Assembly (NCBI RefSeq): GCF_020745735.1
Contig: NC_083407.1
Coordinates: 89,023,857-89,087,856 of the forward strand
DNA: 64,000 nt
DNA from: Hemiscyllium ocellatum
Lineage: Eukaryota
Direction of reading: 5' to 3'
Positions 1-10,726 of the stretch are shown here, in pieces (position 1 is the first letter of the stretch; every line of letters begins with the position of its first letter). The position numbers and the translations under genes are program-made. The notes below the pieces were generated by a model. That model ran no database searches, was not told where the DNA came from, and saw only the letters and a program-made list of their open reading frames with translations.

Positions 1-422
1 CTGCTCATGGTCCATGTTCCTTTCCTATTTATCCAAATATCTGTTAAATGTTGTAACAGTACCCACATCCACCATTTCCTCAGGAAGCTCATCCACATGT
101 GAACTGCCCTTTGGGTAAAATAATTGCCCCTCATGTCTTTTTAAACCTCTCTCCTCTCACCTTAAAAATGTGATCCCAGTCTTGAAATCCATCTTCTTTA
201 TCAACAGTTTTTGTTTTGTGGTTAATCTTGAAGGCCCAAAGCCTAACTTCTCTTAGTTTCTATTGTTTAGAATTAGTGCCGGTCACCATTGATCACTTAG
301 CTGTGTCAGGGACTCACCATTTTCACACGACTGTTGCTCACCAGGTTGTATGGGGTCTCTTATCAAGTCTGTTGGATTTTCATGTGGGTGCAGGTAACCA
401 CCTGTCGGTCTAACTATAAGAG

Positions 423-1289
423 TCTGGAGTAGAGTGGTGCTGGAAAAGCGCAGCAGGTCAGGCAGCATCCGAGGGCAACCAACGTTTCAGGCAAAAGCCG
501 TTCATCAGGACTGAAGGCAGGGACCCTCCAAGGTGGAGAAATAAATGGGAGGGGGGGGGTGGAGCTGGGGAAAAGGTAGCAAAGAGTACAATAGTTGATG
601 GGGGTGGGGATGAAGGTGATAGGTCAGAGAGGAGGGTGGAGCGGATAGGTGGGAAGGAAGATAGGCAGGTAGGACAGGTCATGAGGATGGTACTGAGCTG
701 GAATGTTGGAGCTGGGGTAAGGTGGGGGGAGGAGAAATGAGGAAACTGGAGAAGTCCACATTGATTCCCTGGAATTGAAGTGTTCCGAGGCGGAAGATGA
801 GGCGTTCTTCCTCTAGGCGTCGGGTGGTGAGGGAGCAACAGTGAAGGAGGCCCAGGACCTCCATGTCTTCGGCAGAGTGAGAGGGAGAGTTGAAATGTTG
901 GGCCACGGGATGGTGGTGTTGATTGGTGTGGGCATCCCGGAGATATTCCCTAAAGTGCTCTGAGAGAAGGCATCCTGTCTTCCCAATGTAGAGGAGACTG
1001 CATCGGGAGCAACGGATACAATAAATGACATTTGTGGATATGTAGGTGAAACTTTGATGGAGGTGGAAGGTTCTTTTGGGGCCTTGGATGGCGGTGAGGG
1101 GAGAGATGTGCGTGCAGATTTTGCAATTCCTGCGGTGGCAGGGAAAGGTGCCAGAAGGGGAGAGTGGGTTATTGGGGGGCGTGGACCTGACCAGGTAGTC
1201 ACAGACAGGACGGTCTTTGTGGAAAGCGGAAATTGGTGGGGATGGAAATATATCCCTGGTGGTGGGGTCCTTTTGGAGGTAGCGGAAAT
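423..1289 (-). mobile_element. PLE 3' fragment (GIY-YIG end, pLTR, HHR at about 479-510)
   Basis: Homologous to 47240-48090; 15-bp TSD GTCTAACTATAAGAG at 408-422 and 1290-1304; HHR CTGATGA..GAAACGTT. Confidence 0.9.
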
Positions 1290-1411
1290 GTCTAACTATA
1301 AGAGCTTTGTTATATAAACAACAGGAAGGTTATTGCAATCCTGAAACAATTAATAGATTATATGGATGTGCAGATTATTACTGAGAACTGTGAGGAATAC
1401 ACTACCCTCAG

Positions 1412-2152
1412 ATAAGAGAAAGTGAGGAACTGCAGATGCTGGAGATCAGAGTGGAGAGTGTGGTGCTGGAAAAGCACAATCAGTCAGGCAGCATCCAAGG
1501 AGCAGAAGAAACAATGTTTCAGGCATAAGCCCTTCATCAGGAATGAAACTTGTGGGTTGGGGCTGAGAGATAAATTTGAGAGGGGTGGGGTTGGGGGAGG
1601 TAGCTGGGAAAATGATAGGTGGATGAAGGTGAGGGAGAAGGTAATAGGTCAGAGGGGAAATGATGGACCGGTTGGAGGCTTGGGACTGGGATAATGTGGG
1701 AGGAAGGGAAATGAGAAAGCTGTTGCAATCCACACTTATTCCTTGTGGTTGCAGAGTCCTAAGGCAGAATATGAGGTGTTCCTCCTCCAGGCATCTGGTG
1801 GTAACAGTTTGGCAGTGGATGCAGCCCAGGACCTGCTGGACTGCCTGCCCCGCCAAACCGTTACCACCCTACGCCTGGAGGAGGAACACTTTATATTCTG
1901 TCTTGGGACCCTGCAATCACACAGGAGTTGAAGTGTTCAGTCACGGGGCAATGGGGATGGTGGCTGGGGGTGTCCCAGAGATGTTCTCTGAAATCATCCA
2001 CAAGAAGGCGTCCTGTCTCCCCAATGTAGAGGAGACCACACTGGGTGCAATTGATGCAGTGGATGACTTTGGTAGAGGTACAGGTAAATTTCTGATGGAT
2101 GTGGAACTATCTCTTTGGTCCTTGGTCAGAGGTGAGGGGAATGGTGTGGGTG
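1412..2152 (-). mobile_element. PLE 3' fragment with internal inverted duplication; decayed HHR at about 1512-1545
   Basis: 10-bp TSD CTACCCTCAG at 1402-1411 and 2153-2162; LEEEHLIFCL translation appears on both strands. Confidence 0.88.
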
Positions 2153-2739
2153 CTACCCTCAGGTGTGCAATCATTGCCCACAGCACTCTCTCCCAACCCT
2201 CATAGCATCAACACAGTGAGTGGCACTACTTACCAAAATTAATCAAGGAAGGAACCTTTCAGATTCATTTGCAACAGTCATGACTCTTCAGTCAGTTTAA
2301 GGTCAGGCAATACAGGTTGCCATATTGGTGCATGTGTGTTCCTTCAAGCCTGATGTGTAATAGTGTGGACGGGGGATAACACCTTTCTGATCTAAGTAGA
2401 AGAGGTTTTGAAAAGTTCCAGACATCTTTAAATACTTATTCTTACCCAACATGGACTGTTTACACCTATTTCCTGACGTCAAGCTCGGTTCCTAACTTCT
2501 GCTGTTCACGTTTGAGCAATCTGTTGTTTTTCAATGGCTCTGTCAATCAGCTGTTGGTTTGAGGAGAAAATTGTCTGTCACCGTAAAGTTGCCATTTCTT
2601 AAACTTTTCTCTGTGTCTTCACCTTTGATTGTCTAGTTTTGAACCAGGTCACCTATGAAATTAAAACAGGAAGCTGATGCTTAAAATGTTAACATGACCT
2701 GAATTCTGGCTTCTTAGTGTCGGTGCAAGTCGAAGAAAT

Positions 2740-2789
2740 TGTGTGTGTGCGTGTGTGCGTGTGTGTGCGTGTGTGTGTGTGTGTGTGTG
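2740..2789. repeat. (TG)n/(TGCG) microsatellite
   Basis: Direct reading. Confidence 0.95.
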
Positions 2790-3306
2790 ATTTTTAAAAG
2801 CAGCTAAATTGTGGCACAAGTCATTCATCTTTCCAATGATCATTTACAGATTCATGATTTAATCTGCATAAATGAAGTAAAGGCAGAGATTTTAGGCTTC
2901 TGAATTTTTAACTTACTGGTTTTCTTTCCTCAGTAAGCCTTCACATTAAGGGACAAAGATTTTCTTTTAATGCCTGAAAAGAAGCAAAGCGATTGCAAAA
3001 AAATATCCATGGTGAGGGTTGCTGATTAATTTATAATCAAATTTTATATTTATTCACAATCTTGAGAATTGGATGCATCTGTTCTTTATTATAAATATTT
3101 AGGTTACAGAGCTTTCCTTCAGGCGTAATTGAGAAAGAGCAAATTAAATTGCATTGGTTGGGTTATGTTTCTGGTTTCGGCAAGGATTAATTTTCAAAAT
3201 TACAAAGATGTGCTCTTATATGATGCAACGTAATTGGGGAGCATTATTGAATGCAATGTTAATTTTTCATTTGCAAAATAACCCTAGCTGTTTCATCACA
3301 ATTCAA

Positions 3307-3337
3307 CACATACATATACATACACACACACACACAC
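3307..3337. repeat. (CA)n microsatellite
   Basis: Direct reading. Confidence 0.9.
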
Positions 3338-3727
3338 CCAACCAACCATACCTTCCTGGACCTCTTCAAACACCCATCCTGGACTGATACCCACCTTCCA
3401 TGAAGGGGACAACACTCTTAACCACTGGATGCAATAACCCCCTCACCCTAACCCTAACCCCAACCCTTGGACCTGATAATGCCTTCTCCACCTGGGTCCC
3501 AGCAGTGTCTCTCCCTGCCCCATGGACCCATACACCTCCGTGCCCAGCTGGCAGAATCAACACCCTTCGAGTCTAACATTTTCCTCCCACCCCACCCAAT
3601 AATATTGGTAAATAATATAGAAGTGGATTAATGATAGTTTCATGAAGCATCAGTTGCAAGCTTGCACGCAATCTTGCATTCAAGATACCACAGAAATCGA
3701 GATGAAAACTGACAACTGCAAATACAA

Positions 3728-3897
3728 TCCAACAGGTTATTAGGAAGCACTAGTTTTCAGAGCACTGCTCCTTCATCAGGTGGTTGTGCAGTGCTCTGAA
3801 AGCTAGTGCTCCCAAATAAACTTGTTGGACTATAACCTGGTGTTGTGTGATTTTAACTTTGTCCACCCCAGTCCAATACCACTGTCTCCAAATGATG
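3728..3897. mobile_element. palindromic HHR mini-element, PLE family with GGAGC-AGT-GCTC stem II
   Basis: Minus arm with CAC-CTGATGA-AGGAGCAGTGCTCT-GAAA joined to a plus arm GCTCTGAAAGCTAGTG plus tail; 9-bp TSD ACTGCAAAT at 3715-3723 and 3898-3906. Confidence 0.75.
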
Positions 3898-4601
3898 ACT
3901 GCAAATGCATTTAGCTTGTGTTTGTGTATACCTCATGATACAGTAGTTCTGTCATAATGTATCTATGAGAGGAACATCCAAATTATTCATAATAAGGCAA
4001 TGCCTATATTAGATCTAAAAGAATTATTGGTTAGATTTTTGTATGGGTCTGAATGATGTGTGCTATGGTAGGATTTAGGGCAGAATTGCCTGAGAAGTCC
4101 AACAAGGCCTACATTGCATCTCTTAAGCACCTATTGAGTGAAGTGAGTTTCTTATTAGGCAGAGAGGAGTTGTCAATTCTGGGGGATTACTGCTTGTTCA
4201 AAACCTTATTATTGACACAGCTCGCCTCATTAATATTCAGTTTCCTATCTTCCCAAATACACTGAACAAGCTAGACATCAAAGGATATTCCATTTCCACT
4301 AGTCAGTGTGTTAGTAACTAGGAATCGCAATTTCAAGATTACCAGTGAGAGAGATATGAGTGAGATGGGGAGAAACATTTTTACTCAGAGAGTCATTAGG
4401 ATTTGGAGTGTGTTGAGTGTGAGAGTGGAGGAGGGAGATTCCATGTGAGGTTTTAAAAGAGAGCTGGATATGCATTTAAAAGTGATGAAAGTGAGGAAAG
4501 TGATGAATGGAGATAGGGCTGGAGAGTGGGACTAGCTGAAAGGCACTTTTGGGAGCTAGTACAGAGACAATGTGTCAAGTAGCGTCCTTCTGTACTGTAA
4601 A

Positions 4602-4786
4602 NNNNNNNNNNNNNNNNNNNNNNNNNNNNNNNNNNNNNNNNNNNNNNNNNNNNNNNNNNNNNNNNNNNNNNNNNNNNNNNNNNNNNNNNNNNNNNNNNNN
4701 NNNNNNNNNNNNNNNNNNNNNNNNNNNNNNNNNNNNNNNNNNNNNNNNNNNNNNNNNNNNNNNNNNNNNNNNNNNNNNNNNNNNNN
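4602..4786. other. assembly gap (185 N)
   Basis: Run of N. Confidence 1.
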
Positions 4787-4939
4787 TGCAGATACTGGAG
4801 ATCAGAGCTGAAAATGTGTTGCTGGTTAAAGCACAGCAGGTTTCCTGATGAAGGGCTGTGGCCCGAAACATCGAATTTCCTGTTCCTTGGATGCTGCCTA
4901 ACCTGCTGTGCTTTAACCAGCAACACATTTTCAGCTCTG
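4787..4939. mobile_element. palindromic HHR mini-element
   Basis: About 40-bp perfect inverted arms (4803-4842 and 4900-4939) around the HHR TTCCTGATGAAGGGCTGTGGCCCGAAACATCGAA; abuts the assembly gap. Confidence 0.85.
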
Positions 4940-5384
4940 TATGTATGTATGTCCTGGCTAACTACCCAGTTAATTGCAATGTAGTCCTCTGGAGGCCTTA
5001 GTTCACAATAGGAAATCTTTCCACAGGGCTCTGTACACAGGCTAATGGCCCATTCAAAATTTTAAACTTCTCAAATTTTACTAACCAGAGTCCAGAAGAT
5101 CTGCCCATGCTTTCTGAACTAATAAGGAGCTCTGTACCATCGCAACTGAATGCACTTTGACAAATTCCAGGACAAGTTCTATTTGATACTGCCTCTAAAT
5201 GCAGGAGCACTGAAAGAAAAATGCTGAGATATACAGAATAGTTTATGGATAAATCAAAGATTCAACAATGCATATCGCCAGGATTAATTTTCTGAACAAA
5301 GGTTGAATAATAAGGAGGAAATTTTCACAGTGATTGTAGTGACAAGGATAACTTTGCTGCCAGAATGGGGCCTGAGGTTTTATA

Positions 5385-5605
5385 GTAAAAAGTGAGGTCT
5401 GCAGATGCTGGAGATCAGAGCTGAAAATGTGTTGCTGGTTAAAGCGCAGCAGGTCAGGCAGCATCCAAGGAACAGGAGATTCGACGTTTCGGGCTAAAGC
5501 CCTTCATCAGGAATATGATGAAGGGCTTTAGCCCGAAAAGTCAAATCTCCTGCTCCTTGGATGCTGCCTGACCTGCTGAGCTTTAACCAGCAAAACCTTT
5601 TCAGC
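5385..5605. mobile_element. head-to-head palindromic HHR mini-element
   Basis: Minus arm with an intact HHR; plus arm starts at TGATGA (5516); 14-bp TSD CCTGAGGTTTTATA at 5371-5384 and 5606-5619. Confidence 0.9.
5479..5514 (-). ncRNA. minimal type-I hammerhead ribozyme (intact)
   Basis: Minus strand ATTC-CTGATGA-A-GGGC-TTTA-GCCC-GAAAC-GTC-GAAT. Confidence 0.88.
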
Positions 5606-5717
5606 CCTGAGGTTTTATAATTGATCATATTCATTTCAGTGGTGAGATGAAATAATATATAAAAATTTTACATTGTCAGGCTATGACCTCAGGATTTTAT
5701 CTCCTCTTCTCTCCAAC

Positions 5718-5952
5718 TGTAATGATTGTAATATGGTCAGAAAAGTGGAACTCACAGAGTATGAGGTCTCTGATTGGAGTTGTTAATCTGCTCCAATCAG
5801 CGAGCCCAGGCTGACAGATGTAAACAGGAGTGTCAACCATCCTGTTCGCTCTGACAGCTGGCACTGAAGGAGCTGGGTCAGTCTCAAGGACTTTCCATGT
5901 AGAAATAAAGGGTGACTTGGTGACAGGATACTGGCCTCTATGGAGTTATTTG
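5718..5952 (+). mobile_element. probable solo LTR
   Basis: TGTAATG start, CCAAT/ATTGG boxes, TATA-like site, AATAAA near the 3' end; no TSD resolved. Confidence 0.4.
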
Positions 5953-7249
5953 TCGACAAATTTGTAATAATATTATGGTGAATCTTGACAAAAAGAAAAT
6001 TAATCCTCACAAGTTATTTTACTACATGATTTCAAACATCAAATTTATATTTAAAGCATCTGCACATTTCAATTTCTGGAATATGTTGAGAACACAGATG
6101 TGAACTTCTTTGTGGATGTCTAGATGTCAGATAATTATCACTAACTTCTCTATCTAATTACTGTACACTTGTGAATTATTGGAATTTGCTTTTCTATGAT
6201 GCAACTTTATTGCTTTTTATTCATGCATTACGAGAGTAATTGTCCCTGGCTACGGGTAATCAAAATTCAAGAGCGCAATCTTGATCTCATGTGGTGACTG
6301 CAAAAGTGCCAATATGTATATGTTGACGCTTAGAAAGAACTCATGTCTATCAGACACCAATGGACACCAATGGACCTTCCTCTCAAATGAGGATCTCAGG
6401 ATACAATGTCTCAGCCACCTGAAGCTGCCACCCAAACAGAAGATGGACATTCCAACACTTGGTGATGTCCTGGAGGAGGCTGTGGCAGCTATTGGTACAG
6501 CACTCATGGGCACCCAGGATGGAGCAGTAACCAGGAAAAAAAGTATATGTTGCTGGGGAGTGGGGTTTCTTGTGGAGTGAAGCTAAAAAGGCATAGAAGA
6601 TTCAGAATCAAGGGCATGAATGTGCCTGCCAGTTGGGCCAGAATAGGACTTTAACTGGTCCTTAATTAACCACTTAAGGGTTTCAAGTGGAATTGGGATG
6701 AGAAGGTCACCCATGACTCTTCCAGCCTGGTACTTACTTGGGTGGCAATATGTGGTTGTTGCTATTGGTCCTGTCGACAACTCATCTCATTTTCTAAGCC
6801 TCCACCTACATATGGACTGGAGGATTTCTCTTACTACTTTGTACCTCAGCTTTTTTTCTGTACCTAAGTACCTTGATACCTAAGATGGCTATCCATGGCA
6901 ACATTATACTCATTTCACTGTACTCCTGCACTTCTGTCCTTGAGTGCACGTGACAATAAAGTCGAAAATCTAATTCTAAATCTACAAAATATGTGCACAG
7001 CATTTTGGAGAGTTAGATCTTTTTTGAAAATTCATTGGAGACAGATGTTGATATTCTGGTTGTTCTTTACATAAATGAAATATGATTTTTATCAGAAACT
7101 TTGAATCTTGTTATGAAAATTCAGATGTGTTATTTCAAGAACAATTTTCTTTTTTTTATTGTTGCCTGAGTGTTAGCTATATCCCAGTAGTAATATACTT
7201 GCCTCGATTCAGCTCAATTACCTCAGGAATGCAATATTTGTGTTGATAA

Positions 7250-7542
7250 TTGACTGAGGTGCTGCTTGCTGCTCAAGGTAATGTCTTCTGGACTGATCAC
7301 TAACCTGAAGTCCCACCAGTCCATGTGGAGGATTTAAAAGGGTTTTGAGAAGAAAGCTGAGGAAGTTTGTTCTTGTGATGATCAGTATTTACCTCTCAGT
7401 AGAAATGGTCATCCGCTCATAATAGCATTGTTATTTGTCGAACCTTATTTTGAATAAAAAAAGCTTCATCATTTCCTACCTTTCAACAAAATGCATTTCA
7501 TTCATATTTCATTGGCTGTGGAAAACTTTGGAACTTCCTGAG
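7250..7542 (+). mobile_element. ancient Deu-domain SINE (SacSINE1/AmnSINE1-like) relic interrupted by a PLE
   Basis: TTTCCTAC..ACAA...TTCATTGGCTGT...TTTGG..CCTGAG tail, resuming as GCTATATGAAT at 9061 (recognised from memory). Confidence 0.5.
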
Positions 7543-9059
7543 ACCACTTCCTCCAGACCAAAGGGGTAGTAATGGGCACACGTACGGGCCCCAGCTATGC
7601 CTGTCTCTTTGTTGGCTACGTAGAACAGTCGATCTTCCGTAATTACACCGGCACCACTCCCCACCTCTTCCTCCGCTACATTGATGACTGCATTGGCGCC
7701 ACCTCGTGCTCCCGTGAGGAGGTTGAGCAATTCATCAACTTCACCAACACATTCCACCCTGACCTTAAATTTACTTGGACCATCTCTGACACCTCCCTCC
7801 CCTTCCTGGACCTCTCCATCTCCATTAATGACGACCGACTTGACACTGACATTTTTTACAAACCCACCGACTCTCGCAGCCACCTGGATTACACCTCTTC
7901 CCACCCTATCTCTTGCAAAAATGCCATCCCGTATTCCCAATTCCTCCGCCTCTGCCGTATCTGCTCCCAGGAGGACCAGTTCCACCATAGAACACACCAG
8001 ATGGCCTCCTTCTTTAGAGACCGCAATTTCCCTTTCCACGTGGTTAAAGATGCCCTCCAACGCATCTCGTCTACATCCCACACCTCCGCCCTCAGACCCT
8101 ACCCCTCCAACCATAACAAGGACAGAATGCCCCTGGTGCTCACCTTCCACCCTACCAACCTTCGCATAAACCAAATCATCCACCGACATTTCCACCACCT
8201 CCAAACAGACCCCACCACCAGGGATATATTTCCCTCCCCACCCCTTTCCACCTTCCGCAAAGACCGTTCCCTCCGTGACTACCTGGTCAGGTCCACGTCC
8301 CCCTACAACCCACCCTCCCATCCTGGCACTTTCTCCTGCCACCTCAGGAACTGTAAAACCTGTGCCCACACCTCCTCCCTCACCTCTATCCAAGGTCTTA
8401 AAGGAGTCTTCCACATCCATCAAAGTTTTACCTGCACATCCACTAATATTATTTATTGTATCCATTGCTCCCGATGCGGTCTCTACTACATTGAGGAGAC
8501 TGGGCGTCTCCTAGCAGAGCGCTTTAGGGAACATCTCCGAGACACCCGCACCAATCAACCACCACCCCGTGGCCCAACATTTCAATTCCCTCTCCCACTC
8601 TGCCGAGGACATGGAGTTCCTGGGCCTCCTTCACCGCTGCTCCCTCACCACCAGAGGAAGAACGCCTCATCTTCCGCCTCGGAACACTTCAACCCCAGGG
8701 CATAGAGTACAATGGGTGAGTGGGGGAGGGGATGAAGGTGATAGGTCAGGGAGGAGTTCCAAACTTCCAGCTCAGCACTGTCCCCATGACATGTCCGGAC
8801 TTGTCCGACCTGCCTAGCTCCTTTTCCACCTATCCACTCCACCCTCTCCTCCCTGACCTATCACCTTCATCCCCTCCCCCACTCACCCATTGTACTCTAT
8901 GCTACTTTCTCCCCACCCCCACCCTCCCCTAGCTTATCTCTCCACACTTCTGGCTCACTGCCTTTATTCCTGATGAGGGGCTTTTGCCCGAAATGTCGAT
9001 TTCGCTGCTCATTGGATGCTGCCTGAACTGCTGTGCTCTTCCAGCACCACTGATCCAGA
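7543..9059 (+). mobile_element. PLE fragment (RT C-terminal half, GIY-YIG, pLTR with HHR at 8966-9001), frameshifted near 8560
   Basis: 377-aa ORF 7572-8705 with RYIDD, FLD and YYIEETGR; highly similar to the 46017-47864 protein; inverted insert at 8703-8755. Confidence 0.92.
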
Positions 9060-10191
9060 AGCTATATGAATCCAGTTTGCTTTTTGCTTTAAACCATTTG
9101 TACTTGGTGATACAGAGACTATTAAAGCTGAGATACCTCTAATGAAATTTATCAGTAAATAACTGAAAGGCTAAAATATCTTTAGTATTAAGACAAGGCT
9201 AAGCCCAAAATGAAAGCCATTAACAAGGGTAGAAATGTAAGACTGATGAAGATGCGAGAATAAGCAGGGTGAAGCCCTAATGTTGCATATTAAAAGCTTT
9301 TAGTTTACAACAAGAAGAAAATAGAATAAACTCAACTAGGTGCCAACTTACAGCAGGAAAGGAACAAAAAAAAAGCAAGGAAGAAATCATTTTCAGAGAG
9401 CAAATTACATTGAAATGGCAGGAAGAGGAAATAAACAGCCAAAACCTGAACTCCAATTCATATCAGATGGATTGTGAGAATCAAATGTGACAGGATGAAT
9501 AAAAAGAATCTCATTTTGAAAAGCATTCCTTTATACAGTTTAAAGTGAAGCACAATGCCTCAGTGAATCAATAATGCCAGCTCCCGCAAGAAGTGATTCT
9601 AGGCAGTTTATCCAGAAAAAGGGCAAATGCTAGCTTTCAAAAGACTAAAAGCATTCAGGCTACTTTTGCCAGTGAATGCAAAAGATGGCTCAGTCCTTGA
9701 CTTGAGAAGCCATGCTTGACAGTGGGATTAGAGAATTGCAATGGGAATATGCTTGAGTAGGCGATGAACTGTTTTTAGGAATTTATAGACTTCATAGAAT
9801 TAATGTTAAAGTATATTAACATCAGATGTGCAATCATACTTGGATATGCTTATTAAAATTATGCAATGTGTTTGAAGTTAATTCTTAATGATTTAAAACA
9901 AATAAGGTTTCACGTTAGCTTCTAGTTTTGCATGTGTTAGTCTTTTTAAAAATTTCTCAACATATGAAAAAAGTTTAGCTTAGATCAAATTTGATTCAAT
10001 TTCTTCATCAGTTAATAATTTGCCTAATTTATATTTGGTTCAAATCTTTTGGTGTTGCTTCTGTGTTTGTTTCACATATATATGCTGGAAAAGACCAGTC
10101 AGATTGTGTTTTAAGCTTCCAAATCCATTATTAAGCTTGTACGGTACACTCAGATATAAAACATATAAATCAGATATGCTGCATCTCAGAC

Positions 10192-10197
10192 TTTATT
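10192..10197 (-). terminator. polyadenylation signal, gene 1
   Basis: AATAAA about 50 nt after the stop codon. Confidence 0.75.
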
Positions 10198-10249
10198 GGA
10201 TATTTAAAATACCATCTAGGGGGAAAGAAAGGCCACAAGGTGGAATCTT

Positions 10250-10525
10250 CTAGAACTCCATAATGCGACGGCAGGATCCCACAGTGGGGAAGTTTGCACC
10301 CCAATCACTGTAGTGCTTGTATTCTCCTTTTTCAAGCAGATACTGTCTGCCCCTGTAATTAGGATGCTCATAAAAGGCCCAAGCTCCTTCTATCACTTGG
10401 CAGGATTGCAGTTCACGGTAAGGGAAACGATCATGGATAGATGGGCAATCTTCTGTCAGTTCTACCATTTGTCCACCAAACTCTGCCCTTTCATAGATTC
10501 GAATTTTATACAAACCACCAGTGGC
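10250..10525 (-). CDS. gamma-crystallin gene 1, exon 3 (C-terminal domain)
   Basis: TGCAG acceptor; 276 nt [29 protein letters not shown]...[18 protein letters not shown]...RRIMEF then TAG; phase 0 matches exon 2. Confidence 0.96.
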   Translation of the reverse strand, partial: ATGGLYKIRIYERAEFGGQMVELTEDCPSIHDRFPYRELQSCQVIEGAWAFYEHPNYRGRQYLLEKGEYKHYSDWGANFPTVGSCRRIMEF

Positions 10526-10636
10526 CTGCAGTATTAAAACAGAATAAATGATGGTTAATAATTTGCTAATTTAATTTGCTAATATATCTTGAGACAATAA
10601 CAACTGAAACATGATAGACACTTGTGAGACTTGAGG

Positions 10637-10726
10637 GCTGAAGAAGGGTTACACCCGAAAAGTCGACTTCTCCGCATCCTGATGCTGCCTGACTTGTTGT
10701 GTTCTTCCAGCCTCCTGCTTGTCTAA
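10637..10726 (+). mobile_element. PLE pLTR relic with degenerate HHR (CTGAAGA family), intron 2 of gene 1, antisense
   Basis: CTGAAGA-AGGGT-TAC-ACCC-GAAAAGTC-GAC plus tail; imperfect TSD about 10622-10636 and 10727-10741. Confidence 0.7.

Noticed and set aside
3435-3467. Telomere-like (CCCTAA)n stretch
   Set aside because: Only two perfect units within C-rich low-complexity DNA; no link to an element end.
4453-4928. ORFs spanning the N run
   Set aside because: Artefacts of the assembly gap.
4787-5605. Inverted-repeat units as MITEs or DNA transposons
   Set aside because: The arms are PLE pLTR sequence, asymmetric in length, with variable 9-17 bp TSDs, which fits retrotransposition.
7509-8465. 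318-aa minus-strand ORF (also 46332-46805 and similar)
   Set aside because: Antisense shadow of the C-rich PLE coding strand.
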